Below, piece after piece: positions 1 through 11,883 of a stretch of 64,000 nt of DNA (its first letter is position 1; every line of letters starts with the position of its first letter). The DNA is from Octopus sinensis. Its lineage: Eukaryota. The DNA lies in assembly GCF_006345805.1 (NCBI RefSeq), contig NC_043006.1:72974001-73038000 (forward strand), read 5' to 3'. The notes below the pieces were generated by a model. It was given only the letters and a program-made list of their open reading frames with translations. It ran no database searches and was not told the origin of the DNA. The translations under genes were made by a program, and so were the position numbers.

Positions 1-205
1 TCTAGATTGCGAATCCTCTCTACCCTAGGATGGTTCAGCTCTCCACCCATTAAAAGCCACCGTTTATGGAATGAGGATAACAACGCAGCTTTCACGCCCA
101 TGCAACCGCCAGTCTGTTGCGTGTGGTGGGTGGATCTTCAAGTTGCCACACGCATTCTTAGTAGCTTATAGTAGGCTCGAATTAGAGATTATTCTTTGTG
201 GCTAA

Positions 206-222
206 TGGCGTGAGTCCTGATT
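206..222 (+). promoter_or_regulatory. Putative primer-binding site (tRNA-Ser-like, decayed)
   Basis: TGGCGTGAGTCC upstream of gag resembles the TGGCGTAGTCGG tRNA-Ser-type PBS. Confidence 0.4.
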
Positions 223-338
223 GGAAGAAAAAGTGGAGAAGAAGAAGCAACAGGAGTTGCAGCAGCAACAACAGCAACAACTACATCACAAATAGTTGAT
301 GGAGTCATGGTTAAAGAAGTCAGCAAAACACTGCAAGT

Positions 339-1080
339 TTGTTATTTCTAGATGTCATGGTGAATGCTATAACAGAATTTAGTTGTAACCCAGAAGAGGG
401 TATAACTTTTTTGGCGTACTTCAGAAGATATGAAGAAACCTTCAAGGACGAATGCAAGTGTTGGACAGATGATGAAAAAGTGAAACTACTGTTACAGGAA
501 CTAGATGCTTCAGAACATGGAAAATACTGCAATTTTATCTTGTCTAAAAAAACAAGTGAAATTTGTTTTGAGGAAACAATTGAATTGCTATCCAAAATGT
601 TCAGTGATAAGAGTTCCTTGTTTAACACTCACTGGGAGTGTTTGAACTTAGTAAAAGAGGAGGATGAAGATTTTGTTATTTATATCAGAATTGTAAATAA
701 AATGTGCGGAAAATTTAAACTGAAGGAATTATCTCCTGACATATTTAAATGCCTCATTTTTGTGCAAGGTTTGATGGCAAACAAAGATGCAGAAATACAT
801 GCACAGATTCTTACAAAACTAGAACAGGAGGATCAGAATTTAAGCCTGCATGCAGTAGCAGAGGAATGTCAAAGAATTATCAACTTGCGACAGGATGTAA
901 AGAAAATTAAAGGAAAAAAGTTTTCTCAAGTACAGACATGTCGACTGGAAATAAAGAATGTTATGATCGAATCCATGCCATGGATGTGGAGGTCTGCATT
1001 ATAAGAAAGACTGTCGATTTAAACCACAGAAATGTTTCAGTTGTTTAAAAAATAGGATGTAAAAGCTCACATTGCAGAGC
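339..1080 (+). pseudogene. Gypsy gag remnant with two zinc knuckles
   Basis: ORF 339-1004 (AITEFSCNPEEGITFLAYFRRYE...FKCLIFVQGL); frameshifted CHGCGGLHYKKDC and a CFSC..KIG.KSSHC-like second knuckle at ~965-1080. Confidence 0.85.
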
Positions 1081-1184
1081 AAAGCAAAAAAGGTTGGAAA
1101 AAATTCTAAAAAGGTTTGCTCAATGAAGTTGAGATGACACTCAAAAAAAGAAAGTTTGTATATGTAAAAAATAATTGTTGTGAA

Positions 1185-1514
1185 CATGAAACTAGTAGTG
1201 CCATCACAATTATTGATACTGACATGTGGAAGACAATTGGGAAGCCTACATTAAAGAAAACATCAAAAAGTGCATGAAGCATCACAGGTGAAAGATTACA
1301 CTTCTTAGGTGAAATGGTAAGTAACATTGCATTTTGTGGTAAATCCTGTGAAGCAAAAGTGTTTGTGTTAAAAAATGCAACAAACCTGTTCGATACTGAC
1401 TGGATGGAGTTGTTTGATTTATGGGACCTCTCCATGAATCTGTTCTGTAAAAACATAAATGATTGTTCCTCCAGTAAGAATGAGGTGTCAGATGAATTAA
1501 GAAAAAAATTTTAA
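1185..1514 (+). pseudogene. Gypsy aspartic protease remnant (active site degenerate)
   Basis: ETSSAITIIDTDMWKTIGKPTL in place of DTGSDITII; continues KVFVLKNATNLFDTDWMELFDLW. Confidence 0.7.
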
Positions 1515-1528
1515 ATGCTTTTGCTGAA

Positions 1529-2390
1529 GTGTTGTTGGATGAATTAGGTTTGTGTACTAAAACTGAGGCATGTTTCCAAATAAAGGAAAATGCAATACCA
1601 GTGTTCAAACCAAAAAGAACAGTACCTTTTGCTGTGATAAAGCATATTGATGGAGAATTAGACAGATTAGAGAACAGTGGAGTCATCCAAAAAGTGGAAT
1701 ATGCAAAATGGGCAGCTCCAATGATAACAAGAATAACAAGATTAGTGTGTGCGCTGATTTTTCCACTGGCTTGAATAAATGTCTGAAAACCTGTCACTAC
1801 CTACTCCGGAGGATATTTTTATGAAGTTAAACAGGGTCAAGATATTTTCGAAACTGGATCTCTTCAATGCATACCTACAAATTAGAGTAGATGAGGAATG
1901 CTCAATATATGTAACAGTGAATATGTATGAAGGATTATATAAATATAACAGATTACCACTTGGTCTAAATGTTGCACCTGCAATTTTTCTACAGGTTATG
2001 GATGCAATGTTAGCGGACTGTGAATTTGTAATTCCATACCTGGATGATAAATTAATTAAAAGTGAATCTTGTGATCAGCATGTCAAGCATGTAAAATGTG
2101 TTTTTGGTAAAATAAGAGATTATGGTTTTACACTGAGTGAGGAGAAATGTGAATTTTTCTTAACTAAAATTAAGTATTTAGGATAAATTATTGACAGGAA
2201 TGGACGATGACCAGATCTGTCAATGGCAGGCTCACTCAAAAATATACCTCCTTCAACTAATATTATGACCTTACAAGCTTTTCTAGGTCTAGTGAATTAT
2301 TATCAAAATTGTATACCAAATATACATGAATTGAGAGCTCCACTAAATAATTTGATGAAAAAAGGATGTGAAGTGGAATTGGTCAAATAA
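1529..2390 (+). pseudogene. Gypsy reverse transcriptase remnant
   Basis: PVFKPKRTVPFA, FSKLDLFNAYLQI, YNRLPLG, IPYLDD (YLDD at ~2035), KCEFFLTKIKYLG. Confidence 0.92.
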
Positions 2391-2404
2391 TTTTCAAAAG
2401 GCGT

Positions 2405-2830
2405 TTGACGATATTAAAAAAAATATTAATATGGGATTTGTTGCTGGCTCATTTCGATCCTGGAGTGGAGATTGTTGTAGCTTCTGATGCTTCTGAATAC
2501 GACATAGGAGCAGTAATGCTACACACATATAAAGACGGGAATATGAAGGCAGTGGTTCATGCCTCACATTCTCTGATAGTCGCAGAGAAAATCTATAGTC
2601 AAATAGAGAAAGAAGCTCTAGCAAACATTTTTGCCATGAAGAAATTTAACACATTTTTGCACAGTAGAAGTTTCCGGCTACAAATGGATCACTGACTATT
2701 ATTATCAATTTTTGGATGGAAGAAAGGAATTCTTACTCATACTGCAAGTAGGTTACGATGCTGGGGTACGATATTGTTGAAATATGACTTTAAGATGGAG
2801 TCTATACCATCCAAGAGGTTAGGCCATGTG
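2405..2830 (+). pseudogene. Gypsy RNase H remnant
   Basis: LLAHFDP, VVASDASEYDIGAV, YSQIEKEALA motifs. Confidence 0.9.
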
Positions 2831-3059
2831 GATTGTTTATCAAGATAATTGAAAAAAATACAGAACTATTTGAAGATACCGTGATTGCCATTTTGTGAGC
2901 AGAAAATGAATTAAAAAGCATTTTGTGTAATGTCATTCAGGAGCTGCCGGTAACTGTTCAAGATATAAAAGTAAAATTGGAGAATGACAAATTCATTGAG
3001 AAGATGTAAGAAATATTGAAGGTAAAAGAAAATAAAAATATACGTAACACAAATGCAAA

Positions 3060-4700
3060 CCATTTTTCTCTGCGTGATAATGTGTTGATGTATGCACAAA
3101 GAGTTGTAGAGCCAGTCACACTACAAAAGCAGTATTAAGTGAATTTCATATGGGATACCCAAGGATTTCAAGAATGAAATCAGTAATGAGGAGTTATGTG
3201 CATTGGCCTACTATGGACCGTGATATTGAATAATTGGAAGGTGATGAGCTGGAAGAAACGTTAGCATGCCGGGCGAAATGCTTAACGGTATTTCTTCTGT
3301 CTCTACGTTCTGAGTTCAAATTCTGCTGAGGTCGACTTTGCCTTTCATCCTTTCGGGGTCGATTAAATAAGTACCAGTTATGCACTGGGGTTGATATAAT
3401 TGACTTAATCCGTTTGTCTGTCCTTGTTTGTCCTCTCTGTGTTTAGCCCCTTGTGGGTAGTAAAGAAATAGGTATTTCATTTGCCGTTATGTTCTGAGTT
3501 CAAATTCCGCCGAGGTCGACTTTGCCTTACATCCTTTCAGGGTCAATAAATTAAGTACCAGATGCGTACTGAGATCGATCTAATTGACTGGCCCCCTCCC
3601 CCCAAAATTTCAGGCCTTGTGCCTAAAGTAGAAAAGAATTTATGTTAGCCCCTTGTGGGCAATAAAGAAATAAGAAACGTTAGCACAAATGGGTGAAATG
3701 CTTAGCAGTATTTCGTCTGTCTTTACATACTTAGTTCAAATTCCACCGAGGTCAACTTTGCCTTTCATCCTTTCGGGGTCAATAAATTAAGTACCAACCC
3801 ATGCTAGCTTGGAAAGTGGATGTTAAACGATGACGGTGATTGCATGCTGGGGTTGATCAAATTGACTAGCTCCCTCCCCAAAAGTTTAAGGCCTTGTGCC
3901 TAGAGTAGAAAAGGATAATGAACAATTGGTGAAATCCTGCAGAGGTTGTGCTCTCACAGCAAAGTCACCACAGGTGAAATTCCAATCATGGCCTAAGACA
4001 GACTGTCCATGGTCCAGGCTACTTATAGATTTTGCTGGACTGGTAAATGGCGCATATTAACTGATCATAATAGACAGTTATACCAAGTGGCCAGGGATAT
4101 GTAAATGCAGCTAATAAACCTCGAAGGTAACTGTAAGGTTCGTTCATGAACTTTTTGCGTGATATGGTGTCCCAGACACTATAGTATCAGATAATGGAAT
4201 ACAGTTTTCAGGGTATGAGTATAAAAATTTCTGCGAGGGGTATGCAATCAATCACATCTGTACTCTGCTGTGCCACCCAAGATCAAATGGGAAAGCAGAA
4301 AGGTTTGTTGATGCATTTAAGTGAGCCCTAATAACAGGAAATGAATTGGGCAATGATGCTGCACTAACTCAATTCTTAAGGGTTTACAGGGTAACATTTA
4401 ACCCAAACACCTACTCAGGCAAGTCACCCACAGAGCTAATGTTTGCTCAGAAGATAAAATCCATTTTTGATCAATTGTTATCTACAAAAAAGACTTATAG
4501 GGAAAACCCAAGAAACTCGTCAAAGTATTTTAATGTGGGAGATAAAGTTTATTTCAAAGTATATAGGAATGGAAGGCAAGGTTGGGAGGACGGTATAGTG
4601 ACGAAAAGAATAGGTAGTATGGTGTACATAATAAAAGGTCAAATGGGAGAGTGACATTTGAACTTGTTGAAGACTAGACATACTGAAGATATACTGATGG
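3060..4700 (+). pseudogene. Gypsy integrase remnant (zinc-binding region split by SINE insertion 3238-3918)
   Basis: RSYVHWPTMDRDIE before the insertion, QLVKSCRGCALTAKSP after it; then VPDTIVSDNGIQF, HPRSNGKAERFVD and GKSPTELMF-like motifs. Confidence 0.85.
3238..3918 (+). mobile_element. Block of three tandem SINE-B units
   Basis: Repeated TTCTGAGTTCAAATT B-box and GTCGACTTTGCCTTTCATCCTTTCGGGGTCGATAAATTAAGTACCAG core; flanked by TGAA(T/C)AATTGG duplication. Confidence 0.88.
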
Positions 4701-4942
4701 AAATTTGTTATGACTTGTTTAATGTTCCAATGCCAAAAGAGGTTGAACCTAGGTGGATCAGCAATAGAAAATGTAAACAAACAGAACAACTAGAAGTAGT
4801 CTCTAAGCGAAAGAAGTATCAAAACTTCTGAGGAAATTAAAATCTCAAAAAAGGGAGCGGTGATGATGAAAAAAAAGAAAAAGAATAAAATTAAATAAAC
4901 AAATTGCACTTCCTACAGAGGTCAAATCTCAAAAGGGGGAGA

Positions 4943-5205
4943 TATTATGATGAGAATCATGACACACCTTGTGAGAATGGACTATCCAAACTTATATAAG
5001 TGACAGTGTGTTTGACTGAGAGTGAGAGATGATAAATCACAGGAAGTCAAAGGGTGTCGTTTGTGATTTCGTGGAGGCACAGGAAATTGTTGAGAAGTTG
5101 TTATAGTTTGTCAAGAGTTGTTTTGGATTGGTTACAGTTGTTGGCAGAGTACTTGGGAATACATCAAGTGGAGACAGTCGGTGTCTACTCCATTCCGTGG
5201 TAATA
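4943..5205 (+). repeat. Putative 3' LTR preceded by polypurine tract
   Basis: PPT AAAAGGGGGAGA 4931-4942; ends TATTA...TAATA are mutual reverse complements (decayed TGTTA...TAACA). Confidence 0.55.
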
Positions 5206-5282
5206 TATATATATCACACTGCATTAGTGCAAAACACTGAGGTGACATATACAGAAACCACGTTATAAAATACCAGTTGATA

Positions 5283-5648
5283 GAGTAGCTGTGTGGTAAG
5301 TAGCTTGCTTACGAACCACATGGTTCCGGGTTCAGTCCCACTGCGTGGCACCTTGGGAAAATGTCTTCTACTATAGCCTTGGGTCGACCAAAGCTTTGTG
5401 AGTGAATTTGGTAGAGGAAAACTGAAAGAAGCCCGTCGTATGTGTGTGTGGGAGTGTCTGTATTTGTCCCCCAACATCGCTTGACAACCAATGCCGATGT
5501 GTTTACATTCTCGTAACCTAGCGGTTCTGCAAATGAGACCGATAGAATAAGTACTAGGCTTACAAAGAATAGGTCCTGGGTCGATTTGCTCGAATAAAGG
5601 CGGTGCTCCAGCATGGCCACAGTCAAATGACTGAAACAAGTAAAAGAA
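5283..5648 (+). mobile_element. SINE-A (tRNA-derived, central microsatellite), full length
   Basis: GGCTGTGTGGTAAG head, GGTTCAGTCCCA B-box, tail GTGCTCCAGCATGGCC..AGTCAAATGACTGAAACAAGTAAAAG; about 20 copies in the window. Confidence 0.88.
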
Positions 5649-6091
5649 TGCCATTCTAACAACTATGGGAATGACAACAACAACATATTGAAGTTGAAAG
5701 AACAAGACATACATTCTAGCAAAGAAAAGAAGTCAGGTGTTTTCTTTGTATTTATAATAAAAGACTTCATTAATCCTATAATCCCTTGCTTTCTTTTTAT
5801 TGGAAATCTCATTCTTTGTTTATGAATAACTATTTTGTTAAGAGATTATCAGGGCTCATATCATAAAATTGATGTTTTTCAAAGTTAATCTCTTATTGAA
5901 CTTTACATATCCCTAAGTAAATGTAGTTTCCTTGGAATGTTAAGTAAAATGAGAGAATAGAATCTTACCTGCTTATAAAGATTTAACTTGTGTAGTATAG
6001 ACTTTCTTTTATCTTTCATTTCAGTCATTGGACTGCGGCCATGCTGGAGCACCACCTTGAAGGGTTTTATTCAAACACACCAACTCCAGTA

Positions 6092-6603
6092 CTGTAAATT
6101 CTCAAGTATAGTCCGCCCTTGAGTATAATACGCAGGGGATTTTTAGTGGGCTGTACCTCTGAAAAACCTAAACCTTGTGTATAATACACACCCCTTCTCT
6201 AACTTGAGTCAAGGAGGTCTATATAACGTCCTTGGTTTGTAAAAATGTATACGGTAATGTCCTTTATTATAATTGTACATATAACATAATGCAAACGTGT
6301 AGCTTTTTTGTGCATTTTGTTTGCAGAAAATAAAGAAATAACAGTAATAACTTTTAATAAGTGTTGCTTACTGCAAGTTATGGATGATTCTTTTATGGCT
6401 TCATTGTTTTCAGGCTTAGCTTAAGGTATTTTCGTGCCCGACATCACAAAATGCGTCTGAATAAACATTGCCAGACAGCAAATAGAGACTCGGTCATTGC
6501 TTAGAAAATGTTTTTCATTTTTAACCTCATATATAGTACGCACTAGGGATTTTGACCTTTAAATTTTGGGAAAAAAATGCGGATTATACTCAAGGATTTA
6601 TGG
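6092..6603. mobile_element. pogo/Tc2-like MITE inserted in a minus-strand SINE-A
   Basis: Imperfect TIRs CTGTAAATTCTCAAGTATAGTCCGC / GCGGATTATACTCAAGGATTTATGG; TA at left; SINE-A sequence resumes on both sides. Confidence 0.7.
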
Positions 6604-7774
6604 TTCTTATTTTTTTTTTAGAAATCTATAACTTATCTTATTAGTCACTTTTGTGAAACTGCTAAGTCCTGTGTTGTCAAGTAACACACACACACACACA
6701 CATGTGAGTGTGTGCATGTATACACACACACACACATATATGTATGTGAGTGTGTGCATGTGTGTATGGTGGATTCTCTAGTCACTTTGACAAATGAGGT
6801 TGCTCAGCAAGACGTAGCTTGCACAATGTTCTTAGTTCCTATGGCCACCTGTGTGCTGGGTCAGAGCTGAAGACTTCCAGTAGCACCCTCTTACATATCC
6901 ATGTTACCTCTTTCTCCATTGTCCCCATATTTATGAAGAAGAGTGATGATGATGGTGGTGTCTTGGTTTGCCAGACAACCTGAATGATGAATATTATTAT
7001 TATAGGGGTTCACATGGTTTGTGCAGAACCTATCCAACTCTGCTGTTCCTCAAACTTGCATTGGTCTGATGCAACAACTGGTATGAACCTAATGGTTACC
7101 AGGATGCAGGATTTGTATGGGGTTATCTTCTCTTAGATAAACAGCTAGTGAGCTGAAGAGCCTCATCTACCCTGTATCCATTGGGATGTTTGTGAGTGAC
7201 CTACTTACAAAGACAATTCCATGACATGCTAATTAATAAATAGCTGGAAACCTGATAGGTTCCTACTCTGGATGCTATTATTCTTATGTGACCTGGGGAA
7301 AATATTGGCTAAAAGGTGGTTTCACACTCCTCAAAACCCTGGAACTCTTGATTCAGGGCTCTATTACTGTATGCAGTTTAAAATTTGCTTTAAATGTTTG
7401 ACAACTCAGCACCATCCATTGGACGGGGGGCGTTTTGCTTGTATCTAATAAAATTCTAAAATACAAAATCTGTTTGTGTGTGTGTGTTGACTAATTTTAG
7501 CCTAAACACTGCATAGTGAACATAAAATGTTTTGACCTTTAAGCTTGGACAAAAGGCCACATAACAGAAAATATTTCAAGGGAATCTAACCTGTAGAAAC
7601 CTCAAAACCAAAGAATGTTGCTAATTATTAATACCAAGATGCTAGAAAATGTTGTCGACATTTTCTAAATGACAAATAAAATTTTAAGAAGTGTATTAGC
7701 GCTACACATACACAGACAGCTACACAGGTATGCAATACTTACACACAAAGGTAACAGTCACACACATACACATG

Positions 7775-7900
7775 AATACATATGCATACATACATACACA
7801 CTTAGATACTGAGTTTGTGTATCTGTGTCTTTGACACTTGCATGCATATATAGACATGTATATGCATATACATACATACATACATACATGCATACATGTG

Positions 7901-7931
<31 letters not shown>

Positions 7932-7980
7932 GCATACATATATATATGCATGCATGCATACATATACACACACATACAAA
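7775..7980. repeat. Compound (CA)/(TA)/(CATA) microsatellite
   Basis: Direct reading; one of many similar tracts, e.g. 14525-14630, 18120-18360, 34080-34320. Confidence 0.95.
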
Positions 7981-8679
7981 ACTTATATACTGAGAGACTT
8001 TCATAGGAAAGACACAGATACAAAAGCGCATACACACACTCAGTTTTGTGGAGACATTATTTTGCTTCTCCCTTTGAGACACAATTTATTCAACCATCAA
8101 CAAAGGAAATTTTCTTTGGAGTACTTGAAAAAAGAAAAAACTATAATTACCTAAGGAGAACCTGCCATCAACACCTGTGGGTAGACCATAACAAAAACAA
8201 AAAGGTTTGTTTTATAAACTTTTAGAATTTTGTTTACACACATTATATACATCTTTGGAGTATTTGTAAAAGGACTACAATTGCTCAAAGAGGGACCACC
8301 TTCAATTCGTGGGGCATTGACAACATAGAAAAGTGAGGTTTGTTTCACAAAGTTTTAAAATGCTATTCACAGAAATTACATTTTCACATCCAAATAATTT
8401 TGTCACACAACAAAGCATTACAATGACTAAAAACAACACAAAATCAAAACACAACTAAGCATACAAAAAGAAGAAAATGAACACTTTACTGTAGATGTAA
8501 TGGGAAAAGTGTTCCAAATGCTCAAATAGGTAATTTGGAAGACAGTGACAGAAACAATAACAACAGCACAGAAGCAGCAGAAATTCTTTCATAAGTATAA
8601 ATACTATTGTATTTTCATACATGAGCTGTGTGAAAATTAGTCTTCTCTCAAAACCGAATAAACAAACAGAATTTTTGGA

Positions 8680-8960
8680 CCTATCAGTGCTGGTGCCACA
8701 TAAAAAACACTTATGTTGGTGCCATGTAAAAGACTACCTGTGCTGGCATGACATAAAAAAAGCTCCTGTGATGCTGGTGTCACTTAAAAGCACCAAGTAT
8801 AATCTGTAAAGTGGTTGGCATTGTGAAGGGTATCCAGCTGTAGAAACTATGCCAAAGCTGGACATTGGAGTTTGGCAGAGTCCCCTGGTTTTTTCAGTTC
8901 CTTTTGAACTGTCCAACCTGTGCCAGCAAGGAAAATGGTCATTCAATGATGAGGATGATC
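8680..8960 (+). mobile_element. RTE 3'-tail repeat (family C), diverged
   Basis: GTGGTTGGCATTGTGAAGGGTATCCAGCTGTAGAAAC...CCAACCTGTGCCAGC..GGAAAATGG..(GAT)n. Confidence 0.75.
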
Positions 8961-10119
8961 ATAGTTACAAGTAAAAAATTAAGATAGAATAGCATTTCCT
9001 AATAGAATTTCTTTGCCACTGGAGATTATTGCTGCATGAAATTGATGGTACAGGTTAGAAAACCTAGTTGTTATTTATATTTGTTAGGGCAAAGAGTTCC
9101 TAAGAGCTGAATGCCTCAAAATGGGAAGATTAAGAAACAACAAAAATGAAGAGCTACAACAAAAAGAACAATGAACCCTTGTTATTTAGAGCTCCATCAG
9201 CCAAAACTCTGGGTACAACAAAGGAAATATATTTAGGCTCAGTATCACAAATAAATGAGGAAAAAATCGCTTCACCTAATGTATCAACTTATTACTAGTA
9301 TATCTTCATCATGCGAGGAGAAAAAGAAATATAGATAAACATATGAAAGACAGAGAGGTAAAAATCCACACACACACACACACAAATGATAACACGAAAC
9401 AACAAAAGCAGGTGAAGTAGAGCATTTTTTTTCCAAATAGCAATGAAATTCCTTTCCAAGAAAACAAGAAAAATGCAGAAGATGGTGTAAAATTCAGATT
9501 CACCATTACCTGAAAATCAAAAAATTGTCACAATTATACATCTGCCATGCCTTGAACTTTAAAAAGTTATGACAAATAAATAGATATGTTCAGAATATAC
9601 ACTGCACACAAAAGACAGATTGCTTGTACAAATTAAAATGTTATATTTGAATTTAAAAAAGAGAACAGCTTTGAGATATTGGGCATCTTTCAGACCAAAT
9701 ATCTAAAAAAAAATGCTTACTGGTGCATTTGGTGGCACTCAAACACAGCTTGAAAAATGATTAAGTGAATGGTTTTGCAGAGCGTCCAACTCAGCCAAAC
9801 CAGTAATCATTCATGTTTTATTGTACATTTTTAAAAATCATTTCCAGTTCTTCAATGCAGATATGCATGTGTATATGTACGTATATGTTTATATGTGTAC
9901 ATTTGATTATATATATATGCATACGTGTGTTTGTGCATGTATGTAGCTTTTAAGATTTCCTAGTATGTCCTTCCATATATTGTAAAATATCTTTTACCCT
10001 TCCCTTCATATTTGTAGTCGTTTTTTTTCACACGCCATACTATCTATCTTTTTTTCTTTGTAACCCATAGTAAAATTTACATATTTTGTATAATAGGAAA
10101 AAATTTCATCATCATCATC

Positions 10120-10945
10120 ATCATCATCAAGCTTTGTAGGCTGGTACAATTGTTAGAGGGTCAGTAGAACTTCCTTTTAGTATTTATTCAAGTTTTTTAA
10201 TATTTTGAGTTCAAGTCCAGCTAAGACCAACTTTATTTTATTGACTTTGAAAAGATAAAAAAAGTAAAGTACCAGACATGTGCTGGGGTCATTAGTATTG
10301 ACTAGTTCCCACTCACTCAAAACTACTAACATTGTTTCTTAATAAGGAACACTAATTATGATAATTAATGTGGTGAACTGTCAGAATCATTTACACGTCA
10401 ATGTAATTGACTTAATCCTTTTCCCCAAGCTTGAGGCCTTGTGCTTCCAGTAAAAAGAATTATTATTATTATTATTAAAGTGGAAAGCTGGCAGAATCAT
10501 TAGTATGCCAGGTGAAATGCTTAATGGTATTTTGTCTGTCCTTACATTCTGAACTCAAATTCTGTGAAGGTCGATTTTTGCCTTTCATCTTTTGGGGAGT
10601 CGATAAATTAAATACCATTGGGGGGGGGGTCAATAAATCAAGTACCAGTTGACTGGCCTCCCTCCCCCAAAATTTCAGGCCTTGTGCCAATAGTAGAAAG
10701 GATTATTATTATTATTATTATTATTACTGAAAGTGACAAGCTAGCAGAATATTTAGAACATTGGAATAAAATACCTTGTGGTACTTATTCCTGCTCTTTA
10801 CATTGAGAGTTCAATTCTTGCTGGGGTCAATTTTATCTTTCATCTCCTGATGAAATGTAATAGCAATCAGGTATTAGGGTTGACTTAATCAACTCACTCC
10901 TTCCACTGAAAATTTCTTGCCTTATTCCTTCACTGAAAGCAATTA
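10120..10945 (+). mobile_element. Cluster of four SINE-B copies or fragments with (ATT)n spacers
   Basis: Repeated GCTGGCAGAAT..TTAG heads, GAGTTCAA B-box and GCCTTGTGCC..TAGTAGAAAGG tails. Confidence 0.8.
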
Positions 10946-11046
10946 TTAATAATGTTAGTCAATGATTTTTGCAGTTGTTGTTATGTGGTTAAGTTGGTTT
11001 TTTTTAAAACTATTTTAAACTGTAGTTAGTAAAATTAATTATAATA

Positions 11047-11465
11047 TAGGCACAGGAGTGGCTGTGTAGCAAATAGCTTGCTTTTGAACTACATGGTTCT
11101 GGGTTCAGTCCCACTGTGTGACACCTTGGGCAAGTATCTTCTACTATAGCCTCGGGCCAACCAAAGTCTTGTGAGTAGATTTAGTAGACAGAAACTGAAA
11201 GAAGCCCATCGTATATATGTATATATATATATATATGTGTGTATGTATGTGTGTGTATATATTATGTATCTGTGTTTGTCCCCCCAACATCGCTTGACAA
11301 CCGATGCTGGTGTGTTTACGTCCCCATAACTTAGCAGTTCAGCAAAAGAGACTGATAGAATAAGTACTAGGTCTACAAAGAATAAGTCCTGGGGTCAATT
11401 TGATTCGACTAAAGGCGGTGCTCCAGCATGGCCGCAGTCAAATGACTGAAACAAGTAAAAGAGTA
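11047..11465 (+). mobile_element. SINE-A, full length
   Basis: Matches 5283-5648 end to end. Confidence 0.9.
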
Positions 11466-11500
11466 TAAACACATCCTTCCTAAATTGTGCATATCTATGC

Positions 11501-11883
11501 TCTTTTATTCTTTTACTTGTTTCAATCTTTTAACTGTGGCCATGCAGGGGCAATGCTTTGAAGGGTTTTTAGTCAAAAAAATTAACTGTAGTACTTATTC
11601 TATTGGTCTCTTTTGCTGAGCTGCTAAGTAACATGGATATAAACAAACCAATACTGGGTGTTAGGTGGTAGTGGGGAACAAACATAGATATACATGAATA
11701 CACACAGACATACATGCATATATGTATTGGGCTTCTTTCAGTTTTCATCTACCAAATACATTCATAAGTTTTTGGTCGACGGAAGGCTATAATAAAAAGC
11801 ACTTGCCTCAAGAGCCATGCAGTAGGACCGAACCTGAGACTGTGTAGTTGGGAAGCAAATTTCTTAGCACACTGTCACACCTG
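11501..11883 (-). mobile_element. SINE-A, diverged, tail-to-tail with the previous copy
   Basis: Reverse complement of the SINE-A tail at 11501 and of the head at ~11880. Confidence 0.85.

Larger units (their letters stand above)
206..5205 (+). mobile_element. Decayed Ty3/Gypsy LTR retrotransposon (K02A2.6-like/Mag-type gag-pol), interrupted by a SINE block
   Basis: Order gag - zinc knuckles - protease - RT - RNase H - integrase - PPT - LTR; many stops and frameshifts; PBS-like TGGCGTGAGTC at 206. Confidence 0.92.

Noticed and set aside
5960-6000. Minus-strand donor CAG|GTAAGA
   Set aside because: No acceptor gives an open phase-compatible exon, and the pyrimidine tract is too weak for a recursive site.
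6990-7512. Second maT/DD37D-like transposon remnant
   Set aside because: Only the end AATTTTAGCCTAAACACT resembles the 32950 TIR; no convincing transposase motif could be read.
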